NCBI RefSeq assembly: GCF_036588685.1
Contig: NW_026963290.1
Coordinates: 5,332,001 to 5,396,000 of the forward strand
DNA length: 64,000 nt
Direction: 5' to 3'
Source: Mytilus trossulus
Lineage: Eukaryota
A program made the position numbers and the translations under genes. Shown in pieces: positions 24,205 to 35,337 of the stretch. The notes under the pieces are model-generated. The model was not told where the DNA came from. It saw only the letters and a list, made by a program, of their open reading frames with translations, and did not search any database. The number at the start of each line of letters is the position of its first letter. Position 1 is the first letter of the stretch.

Positions 24205-25143
24205 TAGGTCTTTCCACTTTTCCGTGGAAAGACCTATTGAATTTGTTCTGATTATTATTTTTTTTTTTTTTTTTTTTCTTCCGCCTAATTTTTTTTCTTG
24301 CGTAGTATTGATGTTTCAAAAGATGTCGCTTAGATATTTGGAATATGATATCGTATAGTTTATACGCTTTAAAAATTTACAACAACATAACAAAAAACTT
24401 TACGTTGTAAGAGTTATCTCCCCAAACACTGTTTCTCTTGTGGCCACTACTCCTTCGTAACCGTAAAGGATTATGACAAATTTATTTTACCAAATTGCTC
24501 GTTACGTCTTAAAGATTAGGGTATTCATTTGGACCGAAGCTTTACGGAGACTCCATATGAGAGTTATTCCCCCTTTTTCATTTGATTCAAGTGATATGCA
24601 TTTCTAACTAGTAAACCATAAGTGATAGAGACCTAGGGTCCTCAGATTTGAGGTCCTTGGTCCAAAAAAATTAAAATGAGGTCAAGGTCAAAGGTCAAGG
24701 TCATATTCTAAATTTTGATTTTGGCTTATTTTCACTTATTTTCAAATACGTTATGACATATCGACAAATAATTTTTCATAAATTGTTAGTTGCGACATCT
24801 CCTTACTTGTATATTCTGGTTGAAAGGGTGCGCAGACAATAAATGGGAATTTTTGCCCATCTTACATTTAGAATAACGCGTCAAGTGATATTACTCATTA
24901 ACCAAACATATTAAAGACCTAGGGTCTTTTGATTTAAGGTCCTTGGTTTGTGAACTTAAAATTGAGGTCAAGGTCATAGGTTAAAGGACGTTCTAGATTT
25001 TGACCCTTGCTTTAAATTCATATTAATACATCCTAAAGCCATAGGAACTAACATTTTAAACTGATTTTTCATATTTCAATATCAAAATAGAACTTTACTA
25101 GTGGAAAGACCTTCAATTGTTCTCTGAACAATTGGTTTTTAAT
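24205..25143 (+). mobile_element. 939-bp non-autonomous Helentron (HINE/DINE-1-like) element
   Basis: Inserted at T|T with no TSD (caatatt|tatatctag); 5' hairpin TAGGTCTTTCCAC/GTGGAAAGACCTA; 3' subTIR GTGGAAAGACCT (25101-25112) followed by palindrome CAATTGTTC-tct-GAACAATTG and a T-run. Confidence 0.85.
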
Positions 25144-26050
25144 TATATCTAGACTTACTCTTCCGTGATCTATGGGCAAGTATATACAGGTGCACACTAA
25201 TAGGCAGAGAAAAACTAGCATTGTAGACATTATGCAGTTGCTTCTGTTTCATTTTACCTAAGTATGAGACGACACGGTCGATTTTATGTTGATACATCGA
25301 TTTGTCTTCCTATTGTGTTATCTTATCATATTTACTATTTCTGTTTCTAGGAATATATACTGATAGATGAATTTACAAAACACAATTTCCAATTACCTGC
25401 AATTTGTGATGACGCTAAATAACCATAACGAAATGCTTTGCATGTTTTTTGACGGTCGAATGTTACCGCTAGATATAAGTATACAATTCTGATGTCTGAA
25501 ACTATTCTGTCGCCATAGCTCAGTCGGTTGACGGCCAGACAGGGAATACCGAGGACCGCAGTTCGAATCTCACAATGGGTTTTTGAATTTGAGAGCGATA
25601 TTTTTCTCATTGAACTCAATGTTTTTGACCTGTGCTATAAGCCAGATCAAACGTTCAATTCACATTTCTGAATTTGCCCGTATAGATTTTCAAGTGACAA
25701 TAACCGTAGGCGCTAAAACTTTGTTCACCTTTAGTACCCCCGAGCCAAACCTTTGGTAGAAATTATTCATGTTCGACTTCTTGTTATCCGCTATTCAACA
25801 ATTTATTTTCAAATAAAGCAGTCCCAATAGATAGTGTTTAAACCATTCAACTGATTGCTTAGTAGGCTTACAAACCAGTGTAACTAATCGAGATGTACTT
25901 TATGAAAGTTCTTAATGCTATCAGCAATAGGGGGGATGAATTGACAGTAAGTGTATTTGAGGCTAACTAGAAGAAACTGATAGCAAAAAAAGTAGCCTTC
26001 AGAGAGAGTCGAACTCTCGACCTCCAGTTTACTAGACTGGCGCTCTAACC

Positions 26051-27418
26051 GCTTATAAGATTTTCATAAACTCTCTTCTCACTACACTCGAAACCTATCG
26101 CTTAGGTTCTCATATTGGCTCAATCTACGTAGGAATTCCGACAGTCGCAGATGATGTCACCTTAGTTTCAAACTGTCCATACGAAATACAGTCTATGTTA
26201 GATTTACAAACTTTTCATGCTAATAAATTTCGTTATCTTATTAGTAGCCAAAAATCATGTGTATTAAACTATAGATGTGCTGACTCTTTCGACTGGTCTA
26301 TTAATGGTGAAATTTTGGATACTCCGGAAAACGCAGTTCATCTCGGTATTAAACGTGATAAACTTTCCCGTTTAGGCACTAAAGAAGTTGTCCCAGGTCG
26401 CATTCAACTAGCCAGACAGACTGTCTACTCACTGATGGGTGCTGGACTTTATGGACTAAATGGAGTCAACCCTAAGGTTTCACTTCATCTTATCCGCTGC
26501 TACGTGATTCCCAGGCTTTTATATGGACTTGAGGTCATACTGCTTTCAAAAACAGACATTAGTAATATTACAATATATTTTGTGAAACTTTTAAAACGTA
26601 TTCAACATTTACCGGACCGTACAGCAAATGCTGCTGTTCTACTATTAATTGGACAAATTCCTATTGAAGCAGAAATCCACAAAAGAATCCTTGGTATTTT
26701 TAGAAACATTATTGATAATGATAACTCTGTCGAACGTGACTTAGCATTCCGTCAACTTGCAATGAAAACCGAGTCATCAAACAGCTGGTTTCGTAAAGTA
26801 GTTACAATTACAGAATTATATGATCTGCCGTCACCTCATGATCTACTTGTCAACCCTCCTTCAAAGTCAAAATGGAAAAAACTGGTTAACTCCTTAGTAA
26901 ACTATTACTGGATAACTAAACTAAAATCTGAAGCGTCAGAAAAATCATCTTTAAACCTTTTAAACTATACTGATGCTGAATTTGGAAGCATTCATTCTAT
27001 TTGGAATACTTGTGGATCTGAACCTTACTCTACCTTACGTGCCTGTATCAAATCTAAGTTAGCATGTAACACTTATACTCTACAATGTGATAAGTCTAAA
27101 TTTAGTAAACGACAAATTAGTGCAATCTGTCCGCTATGTGGAACTGAGGATGAGAATCGGTTACATTTTATCTTGAGATGCAGTAGTTTAGATAATGTGA
27201 GAAACAGTTTTATACAGAGTCTAAAAACTTTTATTAAAGATGTTGTAACTACTAAACTTTATGATGAACTATTTAGTTCCGAAATCAACACTTTACAGTT
27301 AATTATCGACTGCAGTGTATTTCATTTTCTGTCCAGAGGCGATGTTTTTAAAGTGGAATGTATTACTAGAGGACTATGTTTTAAGTTACATCAGGTGCGA
27401 TCGAATTTATTGAGGTAG
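26051..27418 (+). CDS. Partial ORF2: C-terminal half of reverse transcriptase plus CCHC zinc finger
   Basis: Frame open from the first inserted base: AYKIFIN...GIPTVADDVTL...HLGI...YSLMGAGLYGLNGVNP...CPLC-x8-H-x4-C (track ORF 26195-27418). Confidence 0.85.
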   Translation, partial: AYKIFINSLLTTLETYRLGSHIGSIYVGIPTVADDVTLVSNCPYEIQSMLDLQTFHANKFRYLISSQKSCVLNYRCADSFDWSINGEILDTPENAVHLGIKRDKLSRLGTKEVVPGRIQLARQTVYSLMGAGLYGLNGVNPKVSLHLIRCYVIPRLLYGLEVILLSKTDISNITIYFVKLLKRIQHLPDRTANAAVLLLIGQIPIEAEIHKRILGIFRNIIDNDNSVERDLAFRQLAMKTESSNSWFRKVVTITELYDLPSPHDLLVNPPSKSKWKKLVNSLVNYYWITKLKSEASEKSSLNLLNYTDAEFGSIHSIWNTCGSEPYSTLRACIKSKLACNTYTLQCDKSKFSKRQISAICPLCGTEDENRLHFILRCSSLDNVRNSFIQSLKTFIKDVVTTKLYDELFSSEINTLQLIIDCSVFHFLSRGDVFKVECITRGLCFKLHQVRSNLLR

Positions 27419-27718
27419 TACTAATAAATCAATATCAAATAGCTTAATGAATAAGTGTGCAAATGTGACAATTGATAATTTGAAATGGAGCAACGAACTT
27501 TTTAGAGTCCAATGACTTGCGCTCCAGTTTCGGTCATGTATATATTCATGGGATGTATTCATTCTCGTGTGTAAATAGAGGTGGTGGTTAATGTGTATAA
27601 ACAATCAATACTAGTGCATTGGATTAACTGATAATATATATACGTATGATATTCACACTGAAAAGTGGGTCGTCTGATATAGGCGGAACAGTACAGACTA
27701 AAGTAAAGTAAAGTAAAG
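26051..27718 (+). mobile_element. 5'-truncated RTE-X-like non-LTR retrotransposon
   Basis: TSD TCTAACC (26044-26050 / 27719-27725), (TAAAG)4 tail, uninterrupted RT C-terminal frame. Confidence 0.88.
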
Positions 27719-28625
27719 TCTAACCAACTGAGCTATGAAAGCTCCATGATAAATGATTTGAAATATTCAATATTTATATCTAGACTTACTCTTCCGTGAT
27801 CTATGGGCAAGTATATACAGGTGCACACTAATAGGCAGAGAAAAACTAGCATTGTAGACATTATGCAGTTGCTTCTGTTTCATTTTACCTAAGTATGAGA
27901 CGACACGGTCGATTTTATGTTGATACATCGATTTGTCTTCCTATTGTGTTATCTTATCATATTTACTATTTCTGTTTCTAGGAATATATACTGATAGATG
28001 AATTTACAAAACACAATTTCCAATTACCTGCAATTTGTGATGACGCTAAATAACCATAACGAAACACTTTGCATGTTTTTTTAACGGTCGAATGTTACCG
28101 CTAGATATAAGTATACAATTCTGATGTCTGATACTATTCTGTCGCCATAGCTCAGTCGGTTGACGGCCAGACAGGGAATACCGAGGACCGCAGTTCGAAT
28201 CTCACAATGGGTTTTTGAATTTGAGAGCGATATTTTTCTCATTGAACTCAATGTTTTTGACCTGTGCTATAAGCCAGATCAAACGTTCAATTCACATTTC
28301 TGAATTTGCCCGTATAGATTTTCAAGTGACAATAACCGTAGGCGCTAAAACTTTGTTCACCTTTAGTACCCCCGAGCCAAACCTTTGGTAGAAATTATTC
28401 ATGTTCGACTTCTTGTTATCCGCTATTCAACAATTTATTTTCAAATAAAGCAGTCCCAATAGATAGTGTTTAAACCATTCAACTGATTGCTTAGTAGGCT
28501 TACAAACCAGTGTAACTAATCGAGATGTACTTTATGAAAGTTCTTAATGCTATCAGCAATAGGGGGGATGAATTGACAGTAAGTGTATTTGAGGCTAACT
28601 AGAAGAAACTGATAGCAAAAAAAGT

Positions 28626-28699
28626 AGCCTTCAGAGAGAGTCGAACTCTCGACCTCCAGTTTACTAGACTGGCGCTCTAACCAACTGAGCTATGAAGGC
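28626..28699 (-). tRNA. trnT: tRNA-Thr(AGT)
   Basis: Identical array copy. Confidence 0.96.
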
Positions 28700-29797
28700 T
28701 CCATGATAAATGATTTGAAATATTCAATATTTATATCTAGACTTACTCTTCCGTGATCTATGGGCAAGTATATACAGGTGCACACTAATAGGCAGAGAAA
28801 AACTAGCATTGTAGACATTATGCAGTTGCTTCTGTTTCATTTTACCTAAGTATGAGACGACACGGTCGATTTTATGTTGATACATCGATTTGTCTTCCTA
28901 TTGTGTTATCTTATCATATTTACTATTTCTGTTTCTAGGAATATATACTGATAGATGAATTTACAAAACACAATTTCCAATTACCTGCAATTTGTGATGA
29001 CGCTAAATAACCATAACGAAACACTTTGCATGTTTTTTTAACGGTCGAATGTTACCGCTAGATATAAGTATACAATTCTGATGTCTGATACTATTCTGTC
29101 GCCATAGCTCAGTCGGTTGACGGCCAGACAGGGAATACCGAGGACCGCAGTTCGAATCTCACAATGGGTTTTTGAATTTGAGAGCGATATTTTTCTCATT
29201 GAACTCAATGTTTTTGACCTGTGCTATAAGCCAGATCAAACGTTCAATTCACATTTCTGAATTTGCCCGTATAGATTTTCAAGTGACAATAACCGTAGGC
29301 GCTAAAACTTTGTTCACCTTTAGTACCCCCGAGCCAAACCTTTGGTAGAAATTATTCATGTTCGACTTCTTGTTATCCGCTATTCAACAATTTATTTTCA
29401 AATAAAGCAGTCCCAATAGATAGTGTTTAAACCATTCAACTGATTGCTTAGTAGGCTTACAAACCAGTGTAACTAATCGAGATGTACTTTATGAAAGTTC
29501 TTAATGCTATCAGCAATAGGGGGGATGAATTGACAGTAAGTGTATTTGAGGCTAACTAGAAGAAACTGATAGCAAAAAAAGTAGCCTTCAGAGAGAGTCG
29601 AACTCTCGACCTCCAGTTTACTAGACTGGCGCTCTTTTTTTTTTTCTCTTGATAAAATTTTATTCAGATAATACATATAAAAAGAATAATCAGGCTATAC
29701 TCCTGAAAATTCACATTATCACAATATAAGCTTGTAAGATTACAACTTCAATCATATATAATATATTCACAATTAACATCACATGATAATTATCACA

Positions 29798-32700
29798 CTA
29801 GAAATCAATTTGAATTTGATTGTCTCTAATAATTAATACTGGATTATTTTCATTATAATACTTTTCAAATAATTGTAGCGCATTGTTGCGTTTATAATGT
29901 TCATAAGCATAGTTCACATTTTTAACAAGAGTAGACTTAAAGTATTGTTCTATGTCTATAATCTTATTTTCTAACATTGCAATATTTCGTCTTTTTACAA
30001 TACAAAATCTTCTTATTGCTAATACACTATTTACAAAATAGTAATTAATATATTTATTTTGTTTTGTCAAACCAAACATACACATGAACTCAAAACTAAG
30101 GTCATTTATATAACTGCCCGAACTCTTATACAAAATATTGTGTAAAAAATTCTTTACAAAATCATTGAAGCGAGTTAACATCGTACACTCTAAAATCAGG
30201 TGATTTAAATTCTCAGGTAGAGTTGAGCAAATAGGACAAAGTGAGTCCTTTGTAATACGGCATTTAAATAGCCTTTCTTTTGTAAATATAATACGGTGAA
30301 AAACTTTAAATGCCACCTCGCGACAATCGCTTTGTAAAAAAGAAAAATTCATGATTTTCTGGATCTTTCTTAGGTCAAAATCTGCGTACATCAAACGCCA
30401 TCGTGATACAGATTTAGGTTCTCTAGAAAGCTTTGATACAAGCATTCGATAATAAAAATTCGTCGTGGATGGAAGTGAACAAATTTGGACGCCATCTTTA
30501 ATCATGGGTTTTAACATAGGAGTTTTACTAACATGCACATTTGCTTCAACTAGCACTTTATACTCATCAGGTATTGTTTCTAACACATTTCTAACTGCAT
30601 GTAACATTTTATTTTCCGAAACTTCCGGAAATTTTTCTAATACAATCTCTTGAATATAACTTTCTTTCAAGAAACCTGGTTTACATTCATATGCGATATC
30701 TTTTATTTTACATACACCTGCTTCAATAAATGTCTTAAGATATAACATTTTATTACCATTTGTAATATTTGGATTTAGAAAAAGCGGAATATCAAAAACA
30801 TTTTCTGAATTAACTTCAATATCTACATTTTCACAAATACTTTGCCATGACAAAATCAGACTTTGATAAAATTCTGGTAATGCATCTATTTTTCTATTTC
30901 GGAGATCACAGAATAAAATTTCAATTCCAAGATTCATGTTTTCAAACTTAGAAAAGAAATAAAGACAAGTTTGTTTCCATAAAGCACAATAGTTTTCATC
31001 CAACAGTCTACTCAAATATTTTAATCTAAAAGCATACATTTTCTGCATAATATCAGGAAAATTCAATCCTCCGTCAACTACTTTATTGATAATAACCTCA
31101 TATGCTACAAGAGGAGGTTTATTATTCCATAAAAATTCTAAACATTTCTTTTTTATAAGTATGCAATACTTTTCAGGTATATTTACAACCATTAATGTAT
31201 ACCACAGTTTACTCATAAGTAAGGCACTAATAACACTTACTCTTCCATGAAGAGTTAAATGCCTCATTTTCCAAAAATTCAGGAGTTTTGTAATTGATTG
31301 TACTTTACCTTCCCAATTCAATTTTTCACATAATGTTTTATTTTTTCCCACCCATATTCCTAATAACTGTAAGACTTCATCACATTCTTTTATTTTCCAA
31401 ATTTTTAAATCATTTGAACAAATTTTCCCTTTTCCAAGTGCTAAAACTTCTGATTTTTCTTTATTCAATTTTGCACCCGATGCTTTTTCGTACAATTCTA
31501 GTACCCGAAATGTTTCACTAACTGAATTTTTGTCCACTAAGGTCAAAGTTGTATCGTCAGCATGTACAAAAACCTTTTCTTCAACATTTGTATTTGGTAT
31601 TACAACACCTCTAATCTCACAATTTTTCTTAATAGCAATACTCAATGGTTCTGCTAACAAAACATATAACAGAGCCGAAATGGGACACCCCTGTTTGACA
31701 GAGTTTTTCAATCTAAAGTATGGAGTCAAAAATCCATTACATTTAACTGAACTAAAAATGTTGGTGTAAAATATTTTTATCCATTTTTTGAATTTATTAC
31801 CAAATCCAAATTTATCCAAAACTGCAAAAAGATACTCGTGTCCAGCTCTGTCAAAAGCTTTTTCTTGATCTAATTTTAATAAATAACATTCTATATCATC
31901 CATTTCTACTAAATCCATAAAATCCCTAACACTAACAACTGTGTCAGATATATCTTTTCCTAGAATACAACAGCTTTGATTTGGTGAAATAACTTTTGGT
32001 AGTACATACTTAAATCTATTTGCCATTACTCTGGCAAGTATTTTGTAGTCAACATTCAACAAGCTAATTGGCCTAAAGTTTTTCAAATCTGATTGATCAC
32101 CTTTGTTTTTAAAAATTATATTTATATTCCCATATCTCATAGATCTAGATAATTCTTCATTTTCCTCAATACTTTGATAAATATAGAGTAATACATGCTT
32201 TAATTCATTGAAAAAATACAAATAAAATTCTGCAGTTATACCATCTGGTCCAGGTGTTTTCCCTTTTTTCATACCTTTTAAGGATTTTTCAATTTCCTCA
32301 ATACTAATTTCATCTTCACACATTTCTACATCTTCATCATCAATTTTTACATTAACATTATTCAATAATTCATCAACTGAATGCATATCAATACTAACAC
32401 AAGAAAACAAATGTTTATAATAATCATGTATAACATCAAGTAAATCATTTGTTTCTGTAACAATTTTCCCATCACAATCTTTTATTTCACTTATCACATT
32501 CTTATTCTGTCGATACTTTTCTAATTTCAAAAAATATGCAGTATTTCTATCACTTTCTAAAGCCCACTGTGACTTTGATCTTAAAATTGCACCTTGACAT
32601 TTGTACGTTTCAATATCTTCTAATTGCGTTTGCAATTCTAAAAAATGTTCACTGTTTATCTGAATACCATTTGCAGATTTTACTGATAATTCTTGAATTT

Positions 32701-33703
32701 TATTCTGCAATTTATAATATTCCCTGTTTAAATCTTTTTGCTTTTCTTTGCCATAAATTTGGCTTAATCTTTTAATTGTAAATTTTAAATTATCCCACCA
32801 AATTAAGGGATTTGACACATAAAAATCTGACCCAATTTCATTTGCAAATAATCTCTTCATTTTATCAATAAATAACTCATCTTGTAAAAATGAATTATTA
32901 AAAACCCACACACCTGGACCTCTTTCTACATTACAAAAATCTATCTTCATGCTGACGATACTATGATCACTAAAACTAGTATCCTTATAATGAATATTCT
33001 TAATACATGATTTTAAATCTAATGACACTAGAAAATAGTCTATTCTGCTTTGGGTTAAAAACCCTTGTACAACCTGTTTTCTAGAAAAAACTTTTGTATT
33101 AACATTTCTATTTCTCCAAATATCATATAAGTCTTTTTCTTGCATAAAAGTACATAAGGATTTTACAGCCTTATCATTACAATGCATGGTTTTACCACTC
33201 TTATCCAAACTTGATAATGTAGTATTAAAATCTCCAGCAACTAATACATATTTTCCTTTACTAATTTTTTGTTTACACTTTAAGAAAAACTCATATCTTT
33301 CATTTACATTATTTGGTGCATATATATTATAAATGTCAATCAATTTATCATTAATTGTCCCTTTTATATGAATAAATCTTCCATTATCATTTTCCACTTC
33401 TACAAAAATGTTTTTTAATTTCTTACTAACAAGAATAGCAACACCTTGACGGTTATTACCACTATTACTATAAAAAATATCTCCATCCCAAATAGTTTTA
33501 TCTCTTTTAATTCTTTCTACAAACAAATCATTCCAAAATGTTTCTTGTAAACATATAATATCATAAAATCTTTCATTACACAATGAAAAAATACAATTCC
33601 TCTTATTGCTATCACAAAGTCCGTTACAATTAAGACTTATAACATTAAACATAGCCATTACTATATAAAATATATTGAATATTATATAATATTTACAATC
33701 CAT
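29798..33703 (-). CDS. Tx1-like ORF2p: APE endonuclease, reverse transcriptase and C-terminal CCHC (1301 aa, intact)
   Basis: SLNCNGL, LQET, IYAPN, GDFN, SRIDY, SDH (APE); PGPDG, FRPISLLNVDYKIL, LDQEKAFD, QGCPIS, HADD (RT); CPIC-x8-H-x4-C. Confidence 0.95.
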   Translation of the reverse strand: MDCKYYIIFNIFYIVMAMFNVISLNCNGLCDSNKRNCIFSLCNERFYDIICLQETFWNDLFVERIKRDKTIWDGDIFYSNSGNNRQGVAILVSKKLKNIFVEVENDNGRFIHIKGTINDKLIDIYNIYAPNNVNERYEFFLKCKQKISKGKYVLVAGDFNTTLSSLDKSGKTMHCNDKAVKSLCTFMQEKDLYDIWRNRNVNTKVFSRKQVVQGFLTQSRIDYFLVSLDLKSCIKNIHYKDTSFSDHSIVSMKIDFCNVERGPGVWVFNNSFLQDELFIDKMKRLFANEIGSDFYVSNPLIWWDNLKFTIKRLSQIYGKEKQKDLNREYYKLQNKIQELSVKSANGIQINSEHFLELQTQLEDIETYKCQGAILRSKSQWALESDRNTAYFLKLEKYRQNKNVISEIKDCDGKIVTETNDLLDVIHDYYKHLFSCVSIDMHSVDELLNNVNVKIDDEDVEMCEDEISIEEIEKSLKGMKKGKTPGPDGITAEFYLYFFNELKHVLLYIYQSIEENEELSRSMRYGNINIIFKNKGDQSDLKNFRPISLLNVDYKILARVMANRFKYVLPKVISPNQSCCILGKDISDTVVSVRDFMDLVEMDDIECYLLKLDQEKAFDRAGHEYLFAVLDKFGFGNKFKKWIKIFYTNIFSSVKCNGFLTPYFRLKNSVKQGCPISALLYVLLAEPLSIAIKKNCEIRGVVIPNTNVEEKVFVHADDTTLTLVDKNSVSETFRVLELYEKASGAKLNKEKSEVLALGKGKICSNDLKIWKIKECDEVLQLLGIWVGKNKTLCEKLNWEGKVQSITKLLNFWKMRHLTLHGRVSVISALLMSKLWYTLMVVNIPEKYCILIKKKCLEFLWNNKPPLVAYEVIINKVVDGGLNFPDIMQKMYAFRLKYLSRLLDENYCALWKQTCLYFFSKFENMNLGIEILFCDLRNRKIDALPEFYQSLILSWQSICENVDIEVNSENVFDIPLFLNPNITNGNKMLYLKTFIEAGVCKIKDIAYECKPGFLKESYIQEIVLEKFPEVSENKMLHAVRNVLETIPDEYKVLVEANVHVSKTPMLKPMIKDGVQICSLPSTTNFYYRMLVSKLSREPKSVSRWRLMYADFDLRKIQKIMNFSFLQSDCREVAFKVFHRIIFTKERLFKCRITKDSLCPICSTLPENLNHLILECTMLTRFNDFVKNFLHNILYKSSGSYINDLSFEFMCMFGLTKQNKYINYYFVNSVLAIRRFCIVKRRNIAMLENKIIDIEQYFKSTLVKNVNYAYEHYKRNNALQLFEKYYNENNPVLIIRDNQIQIDF

Positions 33704-33705
33704 TT

Positions 33706-35337
33706 TTATTTGTTTCTATTTTTTTTTTGATGTGCCAACATAGCAGCCTTTACATTAACCTTAACTTTCAATGACTTTCGTCTTGCATTTTTTTTAAATA
33801 TATTTTTGCATTTGTCTTCTACACTAGCCCACTCACTTTCTTCATCAGCCAATGGGTCAGTGTCCATACTTATTTCATCTAATTCACCAAATACACCATC
33901 ATCTCCTCCCTGGCTGCATTTTTGTTCCAGAGAGGGGATGTTACTAATTTTCTCATCATTAACATTTGTTTCACATGAAACATTTTCATTCATGATTTCA
34001 TTTGTACTTAACAAAACATTACATTTACTAATATTGCTACTAACAGTTACAATATGTCCTTCTGATATCTGCTCACTGTCTTTAATCGTCATCTCGGTCG
34101 CGATCTTTGTCTTTACACCATTGTCGGTCGCGATCTTTGTCTGCTCACTATTGTCAGTCGCGATCTTTGTCTTTTCACCATTTTCGGACGCGTTATCAAC
34201 GGTATCTGTTACATCATCTGCCATGGCTTCATCAGCGTCTGTATATTCATCATCATCATCTTCATATCCATTACCAATACCATCACCAATTATTCCATCT
34301 CCATTACCATTACCATTATCTTTAACGTCATCTTCATTCCAATCCTCACCATTAGCTTCTATATCATCACACATGATATCACTTGTGTGTACATCTGCAA
34401 CAACTTTTACCACCTTTGACTTTTTCACATCATCACTGGTTCCCTGTTCCGAACTTATGACTGAGGGACCAACATCTGACGTATTCCCACTAATCAAGTC
34501 ATTTTCACTTTCTTTTAATTCTGTATTGTTTTCTTCACTACTGGTGATAATTTCTTGATATTTTCTTTTGTGGTCCGAAACTCTGCCCCAAGGTGTTTTT
34601 CTTTTTCCTTCGGGTATATGACCAAATCCTTCTCCGAAATAACGCTTTCTCGTTAAACAATCGCAATCACTGTATGGCCTTAGGCAACTCTTACATTTAT
34701 TCTCTAAACAGTTTTTACTAATATGTCCTTGTTGACCACATTTAAAACATTTAAATTCTGGACAATCTTTGTATAAATGTTCAGCACTATAACAACCCGA
34801 ACAAACTTTGACCTGGTCATTATGAATAACTCTATAATATGCTGTTTCCTTCCCGCTAACTGTAAATTTCATAGAATACGGTATTGAGGCAAGTGTAGGT
34901 GGTAATTTTACTTTAAAAACCCTAGTACCATCATATACATTCGATCTACTGCTCATTTTTCTTTTCCTAATGTCAGTTACTATTTCAACACCCATTCTAT
35001 CAAATCTATCAATTATTTCTTCATCTGTTACGTACATGCTCATATTGAAAATTGACACAATTCTAAATACTGATACTAGTTCATTTACACTAATGGATTT
35101 ACCTTGTATAAATAAACCGTCTCCTGATATTTCTCCTACATTTCTCCTTTACCGCATTACTACTTCATAATTGTTATCATTCTTGGGAACACACGCTAAC
35201 ACGGATCCAACACCACATTTCTTTTCAATTTCATCTATCACTAATTCTGGGGTAATCACTTTAGTACTGCCAACATTCACACGAACAGTTTGTTCCTTTG
35301 AATAATTGTCATCCAAAGGGTACGTTTTGTCACCCAT
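33706..35337 (-). CDS. Tx1-like ORF1p (gag-like, CCHC zinc knuckles), interrupted by one in-frame TAA at 35149-35151
   Basis: Track ORFs 35149-35349 and 33706-35058 are in the same frame with 30 sense codons between; knuckles CSGCYSAEHLYKDC and CFKCGQQGHISKNC; acidic low-complexity C-terminus. Confidence 0.88.

Larger units (their letters stand above)
25994..27742 (-). pseudogene. trnT: tRNA-Thr(AGT) disrupted by an RTE-X-like LINE (halves 25994-26050 and 27719-27742)
   Basis: tRNA sequence resumes after the insert; additional acceptor-stem substitution at 27740. Confidence 0.92.

Noticed and set aside
29636-29797. Shared 3' end between the Tx1 element and the 1,653-bp element
   Set aside because: Only short AT-rich word matches (ttgtaatct, ttttcagg) by eye; not significant without alignment statistics
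33806-34558. 250-aa Ser-rich plus-strand ORF and other small ORFs within the Tx1 element
   Set aside because: Antisense shadows of low-complexity ORF1/ORF2
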